From assembly GCA_963793265.1 (NCBI GenBank), contig CAWBZI010000003.1:1-64000 (forward strand): a DNA stretch of 64,000 bases, given 5' to 3'. This document shows, in pieces, positions 19,087 through 29,232 of this stretch. Position 1 is the stretch's first letter. Each line of letters starts with the position of its first letter. The notes below the pieces were generated by a model. It did not search any database and was not told the DNA's origin. It saw only the letters and a list, made by a program, of their open reading frames with translations. Source of the DNA: an uncultured cyanobacterium (GTDB lineage Bacteria > Cyanobacteriota > Cyanobacteriia > Phormidesmidales > Phormidesmidaceae). The position numbers and the translations under genes were made by a program.

Positions 19087-19959
19087 GTGCGCTATCGCAT
19101 CACTCACAAAACGCGCTATCAATACAGTCGGCCTGTTCAACTGCGGCCCCACACCCTGAGACTATGCCCGCGCAGCGACGGCGCTCAGTGGCTACAACAG
19201 TTTGACATTTCAATCTCTCCTCAGCCCTCCCAACAGCGATATTTTCTGGACGTTAGCAGTACTACCTGCCTGCAGATTGCCTTTGACTCACCGATAGAGC
19301 ACCTTCATATTGAAACCATCAGCGAGGTGCAAACTACGCGCGATAATCCGTTCGACTATATGGCAGAGCCCTGGGCGATCGCACTCCCAATCAACTATCC
19401 TAGTGCCCTAGCCATGCAGCTTCGCCCGTATTTTGAATGGCCGGTAGGTTGGGGAGTAGATGAGGCGATCGCACCAGAAGTCTTAGACATCGCCCGCAGG
19501 CTAAAACGAGAAAACAACAACGTTGGCTACTTTTTAACTAACCTTACTCAGTTTATTCAAGAGCAGTGCGCCTATCAGCAGCGATTAGAAGGCGAGGCTT
19601 ATCCACCCGCCGTTACGCTGGCCAAAGGCAAAGGCACCTGTCGAGATTTTACGGTGCTGTTTATGGCGATTTGTCGCGCAGTTGGGCTCGCGGCTCGGTT
19701 TGTGAGCGGCTATCAAGAAGGTGACTTGGAGGGCGATGTACCACATGATTTGCACGCCTGGGCAGAGGTGTATGTGCCCGGCGGCGGGTGGCGAGGATTT
19801 GATCCGACTCTGGGGCTAGCAGTAGGCGATCGTCATGTGGCTTTAGCCGCTGCGCTCAATCCGGGTCAAGCGGCCCCTGTTTCTGGCAGCTTAGCCCCCA
19901 ATCGAGATGTGGAAACAGCGTTAAGCACCCACATCGATCTCTCTTTGATCGCCGACTGA
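19087..19959 (+). CDS. Transglutaminase-like protein
   Basis: YRITHKTRYQY N-domain; catalytic GTCRDF, HAWAEVY and FDPT triad. Confidence 0.95.
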   Translation: MRYRITHKTRYQYSRPVQLRPHTLRLCPRSDGAQWLQQFDISISPQPSQQRYFLDVSSTTCLQIAFDSPIEHLHIETISEVQTTRDNPFDYMAEPWAIALPINYPSALAMQLRPYFEWPVGWGVDEAIAPEVLDIARRLKRENNNVGYFLTNLTQFIQEQCAYQQRLEGEAYPPAVTLAKGKGTCRDFTVLFMAICRAVGLAARFVSGYQEGDLEGDVPHDLHAWAEVYVPGGGWRGFDPTLGLAVGDRHVALAAALNPGQAAPVSGSLAPNRDVETALSTHIDLSLIAD

Positions 19960-19985
19960 GCGCTGAGACGAGTAACAGCGCAGCT

Positions 19986-20021
19986 ATGGTGCAAAAGAGA
20001 CGAGTGCTGTCTTTGCACCAT
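19986..20021 (+). terminator. Stem-loop after the transglutaminase gene
   Basis: ATGGTGCAAA...TTTGCACCAT 10-bp inverted repeat 27 bp after the stop; weak U tract. Confidence 0.5.
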
Positions 20022-20251
20022 TGAAAAATAACGCTGCTCAGTAGAATATTGTCAGAAATATATTGAGTTTTTCAAAAGACGGTTTGAGATATTTTGAAAG
20101 CGGTATAGGCTGAATTCACTAAAAGCGCCACGGAATCACCAGCTAATAGCGTAAAGGAATGTAACTATTTTGTCGCGATCGCCTCCCGGCCAACATATCC
20201 CTGTGCAACACGACCCTTTATTTGCCCGTTGTTTGGCACAAAACACCTCTC

Positions 20252-21298
20252 ATGGAAACAGAACAGCACCTCAAGATTCCCCTATGCCAGGCAGACTGTC
20301 AGCAGGCGATTAAACAAGCTGCCCGCTGGCAAGATCCAGCAAGTGCTGAGCAAGTAAAGTACAACACTCTAGCCGCGTTAGCTGCAAGCTACTATCTCAA
20401 GCTGATTGGCGTCGCTAGTGAAAGCTTAGAGAAAAAGCCCAACTTTTTACAGGCAACTTTTCCAAGCTGGGGAGAGCTGTTGATTTCATCGGCTCAGCGC
20501 TTACGGTGTTTGCCAGTCGTAGCCGGTCACTCTATAAGTCGGTCTATAAACGAGGCGGCTTTGAGTGTTCAACCAGATGATTCCTGCTTGGGCGTACTAG
20601 CCGTTCAAATAGATTTGACCCAAAGAGAGGTTCAGATTCTAGGTTTTTTATCTCGCGATCGCCTCACCGATCGCCTTACCGAACGCCTCACCGAACGTCT
20701 GAGTGATAGCCTCAAACTTCAACCCCTTACCGCTCTAATCAAAGCGCTAGAAGGTTCACCCATCGCCTCTTTACAGCAGTGGCTCACGGGCGCTTTTGAA
20801 GTGGGATGGCAGCAAATGTATCAGCCGAGGCCACGCACTCGAATGGCCTTTTGCTTTCGTAGCTCGCCCGAGTCAGACGCTACTGAATCTGCTCTATTAG
20901 ACACCATTCGCCATACCCAAAATGACGAACAGCGCTGGCAGGCCGCCGAACAGCTTTGGGAGCTAAATCCCCATCATCCCAAAAGCCCCGTTTTGCGCAC
21001 CAAAGATTTGGGGCTGTATTTGGCCGGGCACAGCGTCACGTTGCTGGTGGGCGTGCTGGCCAAAGCAGATGGAGAAAGGCTGATCTTGGCGCGAGTGCTG
21101 CCCGCCGAACAAAAGCCTTACCTGCCTCGTAACCTAACCCTAACGGGCGCAGATAGTGCGGGTGATACAGTGTTCTCTATTCAGTCGCGATCGCAAGATG
21201 ATTACATCCAATTCAAATTTACCGCCGCAGCAGGCGATCGCTTCCAGCTCCATATCAGCGCCAGCGAAGCGAGCGTCACCGAACATTTTATAGTTTAA
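20252..21298 (+). CDS. DUF1822 family protein
   Basis: YNTLAALAASYYL, GVLAVQIDL..REVQILGF, LQQWLTGAFEVGWQ and C-terminal YIQFKFTAAAGDRFQL...VTEHF, all DUF1822-like. Confidence 0.8.
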   Translation: METEQHLKIPLCQADCQQAIKQAARWQDPASAEQVKYNTLAALAASYYLKLIGVASESLEKKPNFLQATFPSWGELLISSAQRLRCLPVVAGHSISRSINEAALSVQPDDSCLGVLAVQIDLTQREVQILGFLSRDRLTDRLTERLTERLSDSLKLQPLTALIKALEGSPIASLQQWLTGAFEVGWQQMYQPRPRTRMAFCFRSSPESDATESALLDTIRHTQNDEQRWQAAEQLWELNPHHPKSPVLRTKDLGLYLAGHSVTLLVGVLAKADGERLILARVLPAEQKPYLPRNLTLTGADSAGDTVFSIQSRSQDDYIQFKFTAAAGDRFQLHISASEASVTEHFIV

Positions 21299-21327
21299 GT
21301 AAGCGACTCAACCGGGCCTCGAATCTC

Positions 21328-24291
21328 ATGACACCCCCCTCATCTACAGCCCCCCCGAATCCCAGAGGCCCGCAGGTCATTTTTGTGTTGCGCATTAGCA
21401 GCGGCAGCTTTGAAACCGGCTTTGCCGCCACGCTAGAAATCTCAGAGCCCGGACGACTAAACCCCCATCAAAGGTATTCACTGCCGCCCTGCCCCGAGCT
21501 GCCGATTGCCTACGATGACTGGCAGGCAAGCTACAGCGACCTCAATCAAAACAACCCGTCTACTCGCAAGATTCAGCCGGTGCCTGGTCAAACCATTCAG
21601 CGTAGCTATGCCGAACGCCAGAGCGAGTGCAAACAGGCCACTATTGCCTTTGAAGACAGATGCACAGAATGGTTCGAGCAGCCCATCTTTGAGGCGCTAC
21701 GCCGGTCAATTTTGGCGGCTGTTGCAACCTACGGATTGGAACAAGTCTCTATCTTTTTAGACACTAGCACTAGCAGCCCCGAACAAAACTTGCTGTTGCG
21801 CAAGCTGCCCTGGCATGTCTGGTCGCTCTTTGAAGATCTGCGGCGCTCGGAGCTTATTTTGAACGCGCCCGTTACGCCTATCAACCACCAGCTCACAGGC
21901 CCGGTCAAAATTCTGGCCATCTTTGGCTCTCAAGCGGGTGGCCTTCAGCTCAGCGGCGATTTGGCGACCCTAAAATCTTATATAGGCACCAAAGGCGCGC
22001 AGCTCACGCTTCTCGAACAGCCCGACGCTAGAGAGCTGCAAATTGCGCTCAGGCAAAAGCCCTGGGACATCATGTTTTTTGCAGGCCACAGCAGCAGTTG
22101 CAGCGATACATCCGGCGGCATTATTCAAATTAGAGATGATATTGTGCTCTCGCTAAGAGACTTGAAGCCGCACCTCAACCAGGCGGTAGAGAACGGGCTA
22201 AAGCTGGCTATCTTCAACTCTTGCGACGGCTTGTCTTTAGCCGATTATTTAGCCGCGCGCAAAGTGCCGATCAGCATTGTCATGCGAGAGCCGGTGGCCG
22301 ACCGGGTCGCTCACTATTTTTTAGAGTACTTTCTAGAAGAATTCTCTAAAGGTCAGATGACGCTGACCGCTGCGGTTCGAGTTGCCAGAGAGCGCCTGCA
22401 GTGGCTAGAGTCTGACGGGGCCGATGCTTGCCCTGCGGCCACCTGGCTCCCGATTATTTGCCAAAATCCAAACCAGTCTCCCCTCAGGTGGCCGGTTAAC
22501 GTGCCGCAGGCTGCTGCTACCGTCCTCCAACCCCAAACAAACACGCCAGTCGTAAATCCTAATCCAAGCCTTCTCCCCTCTCAGGCCCCTACCGTTCTTC
22601 ATCAGGCGACGACGCCCAGTCAGGCAGCCACTCAGGCAGCCACTCAAGCAGCCACTCAAGCAGCCACTCAGGCAACCGTTCTGCCAACCGGGCAGGCTCA
22701 GACAGTAGCGGCTCTCACATCCGCCATTCAAACGCCTGAAAATTCTGTTGAAGTAGGCGAATCAACAGCAATACCGCCTCAGCAGCGATCCTCTCAGCAA
22801 CAGAACAAGCGAATACTGAGAACAGGTGCTGTTTTGTTGTTTCTGCTGATGGTGGCTGGTAAGGGGATTGAGATGATAGTTGACAAAAACAGTCAGTCTG
22901 CCCCGCCTAAAACAGGCTATGAGACGTTGCAAGCTAGATTTAGCACGGGCGATCGCGAACTGTTTGTAGAAGAAGCAGCGTCTCTTAAGTGCGACAGTGC
23001 GCAAAAGTTCCAAGCCGCCAAGAGCAAGGGCATTCAGCGTGTTAACGACGGTCGCTCAGACGCCGCTGCCGCTGAATTTAAAGACGCTTTTGAAACCTGC
23101 CGATCACCCGAAGCCTTGATCTACAAAAACAATGCCCTAATCGGGAAAGGATCGGCCTACGAGCTTGCCGTGGTTGTGCCCTATACCAAAAACCGTAAGA
23201 ACGCCATTGAAATGCTGCGGGGTGCAGCCATGGCCCAAAACAACATCAACCAGGCAGGCGGATTAAACGGTATGCCCCTGAAGCTTGTGATTGTTGATGA
23301 CAGCGACAGTCCTAGCACGGCGGCTGATATTGCCAATGAACTCATCGACAACACAGAAGTGCTCGGCACCATCGGCCACTGGACAAGCGGCGTTAGCTTA
23401 GAGGCCGTTAAGGTGTACTGGCGGCGAAAGCGTTTAGCTTTTATCACCCCGATCAGCATGACTAGCAACTTAGAAGACTACGGCGAATGGGTGCTGAGAT
23501 CGGCAACGAATATCGAGAAAGCGCAGACAGCCGTCATAGACTATCTGATAGAGCAACAGTATACAAAAGCCGCTGTGTTCTATGTCGATGAGGCGCAAAC
23601 CAGCGAGGCGAGCGCGCTCTACAGCAAAGATTTGAGAGATCAGTTTGACCGGCTGTTTTCAAACTCGGGGGGTAAAGTGATTACTGGCGGGGAGAACTTT
23701 AGCGCGTTTAGCCTGGCCGATCCGGGGTTTCGAGAAAACGCTGAGGCGATCGCAACAGCGATGGTACAAGAGGCCAAAGCTCAGGGCGCGCAGGTGATTG
23801 TGCTCGCACCGAATAATGAGTTGGTGAGCAATGCAGAGCAGGTGATTAAAGCCGCCGACCAGGAAGGGATACCGGTAGTTGGCGATACTAACCTATACCG
23901 GCAAGAAGTTTTGGCCGCCACCTGCCCTGCCAGTGAGGGGATGGTGGCGGGCATTTCCTGGCATTCGGGCGGGCGCGCCAATCGTGACTTTGTTGAAGCG
24001 GCCAGCAGCTTGTGGGGAGGAGACGTTAATTTTGCCACGGCGATGACCTACAATGCGACGCAGGCAATGGCAGCAGCGATTCGCACGTCCCCACCAGGGG
24101 CGGTCAGTCGAGAAACCGTGCAAGCAGCGCTGAATCACCCAGATTTTGTCGTAGAAGATACTGCCGACGCGGCCCCTTTTACGTTTGATGAAAACCGGAC
24201 GAGGGCGGCAGCGGCTCAGCTTGTGGAGGTGGTGAGAAATGAAAGCAAGCCTTCTGGCTGCGAATATGTGGCGATGGGAGATAATACATGA
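21328..24291 (+). CDS. CHAT (caspase/HetF-like) protease - TM - type 1 periplasmic ligand-binding domain fusion
   Basis: LPWH, FFAGHS (His), LAIFNSCDG (Cys), VMREPV and WLPIICQNP motifs; Q/P/T linker; TM LRTGAVLLFLLMVAG; LivJ-like domain (INQAGGLNGMPLKLVIVDD, VLGTIGHWTS). Confidence 0.88.
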   Translation: MTPPSSTAPPNPRGPQVIFVLRISSGSFETGFAATLEISEPGRLNPHQRYSLPPCPELPIAYDDWQASYSDLNQNNPSTRKIQPVPGQTIQRSYAERQSECKQATIAFEDRCTEWFEQPIFEALRRSILAAVATYGLEQVSIFLDTSTSSPEQNLLLRKLPWHVWSLFEDLRRSELILNAPVTPINHQLTGPVKILAIFGSQAGGLQLSGDLATLKSYIGTKGAQLTLLEQPDARELQIALRQKPWDIMFFAGHSSSCSDTSGGIIQIRDDIVLSLRDLKPHLNQAVENGLKLAIFNSCDGLSLADYLAARKVPISIVMREPVADRVAHYFLEYFLEEFSKGQMTLTAAVRVARERLQWLESDGADACPAATWLPIICQNPNQSPLRWPVNVPQAAATVLQPQTNTPVVNPNPSLLPSQAPTVLHQATTPSQAATQAATQAATQAATQATVLPTGQAQTVAALTSAIQTPENSVEVGESTAIPPQQRSSQQQNKRILRTGAVLLFLLMVAGKGIEMIVDKNSQSAPPKTGYETLQARFSTGDRELFVEEAASLKCDSAQKFQAAKSKGIQRVNDGRSDAAAAEFKDAFETCRSPEALIYKNNALIGKGSAYELAVVVPYTKNRKNAIEMLRGAAMAQNNINQAGGLNGMPLKLVIVDDSDSPSTAADIANELIDNTEVLGTIGHWTSGVSLEAVKVYWRRKRLAFITPISMTSNLEDYGEWVLRSATNIEKAQTAVIDYLIEQQYTKAAVFYVDEAQTSEASALYSKDLRDQFDRLFSNSGGKVITGGENFSAFSLADPGFRENAEAIATAMVQEAKAQGAQVIVLAPNNELVSNAEQVIKAADQEGIPVVGDTNLYRQEVLAATCPASEGMVAGISWHSGGRANRDFVEAASSLWGGDVNFATAMTYNATQAMAAAIRTSPPGAVSRETVQAALNHPDFVVEDTADAAPFTFDENRTRAAAAQLVEVVRNESKPSGCEYVAMGDNT
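22621..22679 (+). repeat. 12-bp tandem repeat, about 5 copies (QAAT)
   Basis: CAGGCAGCCACT/CAAGCAGCCACT units in the CHAT protein linker. Confidence 0.9.
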
Positions 24292-25343
24292 CCACTGACA
24301 ATTGCGATCAGGCCACCCGCTTACTGCCGCCTCCTGTCTCTTCTTTTGCGATCGCCTCTATGAACGAAGCCGCCGACTACCTCAAAGCCTTTCTAAAGCT
24401 AATCAACAATCTAGACGCAGAGATTGAAGAGGACGCGGCAAAGCTGTTGATGCAAAAGGCGCAAATATCCTTAGCTCAGTGTTCAGAGCTACAAGAGTTA
24501 CTGAGCCAAACGGTACCGCAGCCCTTAGTAAAGATTGCCACTGAGCGGCTTTTGCAGCAGCTTCATTTGTGCAAAAATCCCGACCGGCTAGCTGAGTGGG
24601 TCAAAGCGCGCCTGCAAAAGATTGTTGATTCACTCCAGATAGATGAGAACCTTCGCGGGCTCATTCAACAGATTCAAGGACTGCCTAAGCGCAGCAGCGA
24701 TCGCCGTAATCTCATCAATACGCTCATCATTCAAATGCAGGCATCTGGCAAAATCACGGCCTGCATCTCGGGCCTACCGGCTGAGCTATACAGCGACGCT
24801 TTGAGCGAAACAATGCTGTGGTTTTTTGAGCATATAGACGAATACAACCCGTCACTATCTGGGCCGATCACGTGGTTCAACTGCAATCTGTTCTACACGG
24901 CCAGCCGCATCAGAAAAGCACACTACCGCCATTTGCCCCAGAAATTTCAGGCCACCGAAAGAGACAGGTGGTTGCAAGGTGGCCCCGATGCCTACGACTC
25001 GCTGATAACTGAGTCTGAGCACCAAACACTAGAAGAGCTATACGACTGGGTGCAACAAGATACGACCGGTCAGCTCAGGCGGACAGCGCTGAGCGATCGC
25101 CTTGATATCAACGTGCAGGCCATTCTCACAGCCGTCTTAGGACATATCCGCAAGCTGCGCAGCCTCAACCGAGCGCCTACGCAGCTTTACGATGTGTTTG
25201 CCAAGCAGCCCACAGACTTAGCGCAACTGTTCAAAACCCTTGCTGAGCGGCTAGCGTGCGAGCCCGAACGGCTACGGCGATTTTGGCGAGAGCAGTGTCG
25301 GCCTGCTATTCAGGTCTTCTTTCAGCAGAGCGGCAATGACTAG
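24288..25343 (+). CDS. Cyanobacterial sigma-70/ECF-like (HetZ-related) protein
   Basis: Region-2-like YSDALSETMLWFFEHIDEYNP...ITWFN and C-terminal WVQQDTTG...LAERL...LRRFWREQCRP HTH-like segment; ATGA coupling to the CHAT gene. Confidence 0.65.
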   Translation: MTTDNCDQATRLLPPPVSSFAIASMNEAADYLKAFLKLINNLDAEIEEDAAKLLMQKAQISLAQCSELQELLSQTVPQPLVKIATERLLQQLHLCKNPDRLAEWVKARLQKIVDSLQIDENLRGLIQQIQGLPKRSSDRRNLINTLIIQMQASGKITACISGLPAELYSDALSETMLWFFEHIDEYNPSLSGPITWFNCNLFYTASRIRKAHYRHLPQKFQATERDRWLQGGPDAYDSLITESEHQTLEELYDWVQQDTTGQLRRTALSDRLDINVQAILTAVLGHIRKLRSLNRAPTQLYDVFAKQPTDLAQLFKTLAERLACEPERLRRFWREQCRPAIQVFFQQSGND

Positions 25344-25437
25344 ATCGAGGATCAAATGAACGGCTCAACCGTTGTTTGCTGAAGCCCTCACCCCAACCCT
25401 CTTACCGTCAACCACACCCTCACAAGGGCGATATTCC

Positions 25438-26514
25438 ATGGCTACCCTATTGAACTGGCCACCGCTACCGATTTCGATTAATACGCGATCGCGTCAGCAG
25501 GCCGAAGCTTTTGCCAGCGGAGCTAATACCGATCAATCGGGCGCTGTTTACAGGCGGGCGATCGCTACCTTAGCCGTCCAACACTATCTGCGCCTGATCG
25601 ACGTGCCCCACCGATTAGAAACCCAGCCCAGCGGCCCTGCTTTATATATAGAAGAACTCAGCGGATACATCGGCTGCTGCGCGGTGGCACCAAATGCCGA
25701 TCGGTGCACGGTTCTAGAAGAGGACAGAGAGAATCGTAAGGGCTATCTGTTTGTAGAACTCAGCGAGCCCTACCTGCAGGCGAATGTTCTCGGCTTCGCG
25801 GGCACCCTCAGCGTTAGTCAGCTACCGCTCAGCTACCTACAGCCTTTAAGCGCATTTATTGAAGCTTTAGACGCTGCTACTGCGCGTCCGGCTATCTCGA
25901 TTGCTGACTGGGCAAAAGGTCTAGCTCAGGGCTGGCAAAGGCTTTACGATCTGCCGCCTGCGCTGCGACCTGTGCGATCGCCCGTGATCGCAATGAGAGG
26001 ATCGCGCCCGGCTGAACCCCAACCAACAAGCGCCGCCGCGCTGCTTGAAATATTAGATACCACAACCAACGACGTAATTCGCTGGCAGATCGCAGAACGA
26101 CTGGCAAAAGAGAGCCCCGAAACGGCATACACTGACCTTTCGAGCGCAGTATTTCAGGTGCGGCCACTGGCTGATGAGCTGGGCGGTCTGGCGGTAGCGC
26201 TACTCGTGGGCATTATCACCAAGCCAGATCAGACCTTTTTGGTGGGCTGTCGGCTCTATTCTGTGGGCGGTGATGAAGGCGATCGCCCAGCGCTACCCGA
26301 AGACATAGTGCTGCAAGGCATTGAAGAACAAGGAAATACGCCAGGTGGTGCAGATATCGGCAACCAGACTTTCTGTAAGCTGACACCCTCGGCTCACGGA
26401 GATCCCATAGAGTATCTATTAACGGCTGAGGCGGGCGATCGCTTCAGCCTAGAGGTTCGCTACTTAGATAGCGTTTCGACCAGCACATTCGTGTTACCTA
26501 CCTTTTCTAGCTAG
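25438..26514 (+). CDS. DUF1822 family protein (second paralogue)
   Basis: VYRRAIATLAVQHYL, RKGYLFVEL...ANVLGF, IADWAKGLAQGWQ and EAGDRFSLEV motifs. Confidence 0.75.
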   Translation: MATLLNWPPLPISINTRSRQQAEAFASGANTDQSGAVYRRAIATLAVQHYLRLIDVPHRLETQPSGPALYIEELSGYIGCCAVAPNADRCTVLEEDRENRKGYLFVELSEPYLQANVLGFAGTLSVSQLPLSYLQPLSAFIEALDAATARPAISIADWAKGLAQGWQRLYDLPPALRPVRSPVIAMRGSRPAEPQPTSAAALLEILDTTTNDVIRWQIAERLAKESPETAYTDLSSAVFQVRPLADELGGLAVALLVGIITKPDQTFLVGCRLYSVGGDEGDRPALPEDIVLQGIEEQGNTPGGADIGNQTFCKLTPSAHGDPIEYLLTAEAGDRFSLEVRYLDSVSTSTFVLPTFSS

Positions 26515-29232
26515 CTCATCAAGGTTAAACTGCTGTCGTAGTAACCGCTCATTTAATGTGACCTGATTCTCTATATCGTCGTACGTCAAGATCATATAGC
26601 CGTCGATATTTAGAACGCCCTGTAGGGTCTTCAGCAAAGGCTCAAGCGTATTAACTGGCTGGCTGGTGACTTGCGCTAGCTGGGCGAGTAGGAGGTGGCT
26701 GTTGTTTATTAATAGCGCTGACAGAATTTGTGCTGCCCATTCTTTAGAGAAGGAAGGGTGGCCTACCACTTGAAGCTGGTCTTGGTAGATTGGAGAGTGA
26801 AGCAGACGTTCTATCCAGGAAGTTGCCTGATCGCTTTGCGTGGCTGATTGAAAAGTATCGTGGTAGCTGAAGAGAGGCCCCAGTGACGTTTTGCCTGATA
26901 GCGCACAGGGGGCTAGTATGTTTTCAACATCTGGCTGCTCTATTGTTGACCACCAAAATGGCGTTTTTATATCTGTTGCCTGGCTGCCTTCTACTCGCAT
27001 TCCAACTGGCGAGAGAGTAGCCACTGGAACAATCATTTCCTGAGGCGTGATGCCGCCGTGATATCCCTTTTTTTTGGGGCTACAGTAGCGGAGTTTTTCT
27101 GTCCAGGGTGCAATCAGCGCAGATGATTCGGTTGCAAGCACACGATCGCCAACAACCTGAAGTTCTTGGGCGCTGTGTGTTCCATTATCCTCGCGCCATC
27201 GTTCACCGCCTTTACCTGCTTTTTTATAGTCTACACCGTGGTGAATAATGTGGCCGTGGTCGCTGGTGATGATCACCAGACGTTGAGCAATTCTGGCCGC
27301 TTCTAAGATAGGCGATAGCACTTTGATGCGATCGCTTGTCCAGGCAATATCGACCTGCTCTCCTTTATTGAGCAAATCGTCAACAGCGTTGATAACCAGC
27401 CCGATGACTTGGTTTTGAGGCGAGGAAATTGCACTATAAAGCGCTTCAGAAAGGTGAGGCGTATCGACTTCCTGAAGTCCTTTTTTGTGGAATAACAGTG
27501 GCGGCTTATTGCGCTTACAGTGCTTACGCAAGGCTGGGTGCTGGCTAAAGCCCTTAGTCTCTTGAGCCTGCTGGCCTTTTTGAAGCTGCCCGCACAGCAG
27601 ACTGTTGCGAGAAACTTCGGTGACGGAGGGAATGGCTGCTAGCCCGGCCTGCATCGGAGGGCCTTGAGCCTCATTCGTAATAAGTTGCCAGCCTTGTTGA
27701 ACCACATCGGCAAGCAGCTCGTGGGCGATCGCCATGCTGGCACCGTCGAGCACTAGCAGTAAAACAGGATGGTGCTCTGCAAAAGGCGCAACGACGCTTT
27801 CTAGAATTTGTTCGACTAGAAGAATAGATTTTCGCGTAGAGCCTATGGCTGTCCAGTCTTTGAGGAGAGTGGCAAATTGCTGTGACTGGATTTCTCTTAT
27901 TGTCGTAACGGTTTCAAAGAGCTTGCTGTAGGCGATAGAAAGCTCACGGTGGGGCTCTGCGATGGGGAGAGTGAGCCTGGCCCAGTCAAGAAAGCTGCCG
28001 GTGGTGGTGTAGTGAGCGATCGCCCCTTCTAAGGCACGGGCTGAGTCATTGAATTCCTTTGGATTGCGCTGTCTGCCGACTAGCCACTGAGCAAGCCGTA
28101 GGGCCATATTAATGCGTTCAATTCTACGGCTGCTTTTGTTTTGAATGACCTGTAGATGGTTCGTAAGTGCTTGGTGAGATTCAATGAGCTGATCTAACTG
28201 GGTCTGTTTAGGATTTTTGATGAGGGCGATCAGGTGTTGGCTGAGCTGACTGAGGCGCTGATTGAATCCTTTTGCTGAGACGGTGCTAAGGTAGGCAAAC
28301 TCATCCGCGCCAATCTCTGAGAGGATAGCGTCGCTGCGCTGAATGATGAGCTGCTGCTGGTCGGGTAGTTCGAGGAGCGCCTGTCGGGCGGCGGTGCTCC
28401 AGGTTTGCATGACATTTGGCGATGGCGACTGGCCACCGAGAAAGCGTTCTTCGAGTTTGCCGAGGGCTTTGTCGAGTTTGTTTTGGGTGTTGGGATGATA
28501 GACGACTTCGGCGGCGAGTCCGAGCGGTAGCGCGTCGGGGCTTTGGCTATAGAAGGTGCAGCCCAAGATAGCTTCGGTGGCGCTGCCGAGCCGATCTGTC
28601 AGCCAGTTGCTAGCAGCGGTGCGAAAGTCTTCGGGGGCCTGCTGGTAAAGGGCAATGTGCTCGCGCTGCGTTGACCATTTAAGAATGGCAGCTAGATCTG
28701 GCCGGTCGGCAGATAGCTTGAGGCCATGTGATAGCAATAGCGGCCACATGATCTCGGCATCTAAAAAGCCGCCCATGACGGGAGCGCATCGGTTTGCTGG
28801 GATCAGATCTATGAGGGCATCTGGAATCCATTGATGCTGAATAAGCCTGGGATCTATGTTGGTGGCGCGAAATAGAGATTTGACAATTTGCCAGGAATCG
28901 ATAGTGAATAGCTGCTGTTTGGTAAGCCGCAGCAAAATATCTTCGGCTAGGTCGGCGTTGGTTAGCGGCGTAATGAGTACGTGGATGGGCGCTTTGGCAC
29001 CGTTTTTTGGTTGATTTATATCGGCTGTCTGAGGCAGGTTTTGCAGGGCAAGGCGCAGAGCCAAAGGTGAGTCGCACTGGTCGATGATGTAGAGCTGGTC
29101 GCCGTCTTGCTGCTGACGATCGCCGCTCCATCGACCTTTGGCATGGATACCGACCGCCTGATGGCTATGAGAATGTAAGGCAATAGCGGTGACCTGCGCC
29201 TTGATTTGATTAAAGGTGGGGGTCGCTATCAC
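26494..29232 (-). CDS. pglZ: BREX-2/Pgl alkaline-phosphatase-family protein PglZ
   Basis: LLVLDGAS, PSVTEVSRNSLLCG, NAVDDLL, ITSDHGH and GYHGGITPQEMIVP motifs; type-2 C-terminal LNIDGY..L tail; coupled to pglY. Confidence 0.9.
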   Translation of the reverse strand: MIATPTFNQIKAQVTAIALHSHSHQAVGIHAKGRWSGDRQQQDGDQLYIIDQCDSPLALRLALQNLPQTADINQPKNGAKAPIHVLITPLTNADLAEDILLRLTKQQLFTIDSWQIVKSLFRATNIDPRLIQHQWIPDALIDLIPANRCAPVMGGFLDAEIMWPLLLSHGLKLSADRPDLAAILKWSTQREHIALYQQAPEDFRTAASNWLTDRLGSATEAILGCTFYSQSPDALPLGLAAEVVYHPNTQNKLDKALGKLEERFLGGQSPSPNVMQTWSTAARQALLELPDQQQLIIQRSDAILSEIGADEFAYLSTVSAKGFNQRLSQLSQHLIALIKNPKQTQLDQLIESHQALTNHLQVIQNKSSRRIERINMALRLAQWLVGRQRNPKEFNDSARALEGAIAHYTTTGSFLDWARLTLPIAEPHRELSIAYSKLFETVTTIREIQSQQFATLLKDWTAIGSTRKSILLVEQILESVVAPFAEHHPVLLLVLDGASMAIAHELLADVVQQGWQLITNEAQGPPMQAGLAAIPSVTEVSRNSLLCGQLQKGQQAQETKGFSQHPALRKHCKRNKPPLLFHKKGLQEVDTPHLSEALYSAISSPQNQVIGLVINAVDDLLNKGEQVDIAWTSDRIKVLSPILEAARIAQRLVIITSDHGHIIHHGVDYKKAGKGGERWREDNGTHSAQELQVVGDRVLATESSALIAPWTEKLRYCSPKKKGYHGGITPQEMIVPVATLSPVGMRVEGSQATDIKTPFWWSTIEQPDVENILAPCALSGKTSLGPLFSYHDTFQSATQSDQATSWIERLLHSPIYQDQLQVVGHPSFSKEWAAQILSALLINNSHLLLAQLAQVTSQPVNTLEPLLKTLQGVLNIDGYMILTYDDIENQVTLNERLLRQQFNLDELARKGR

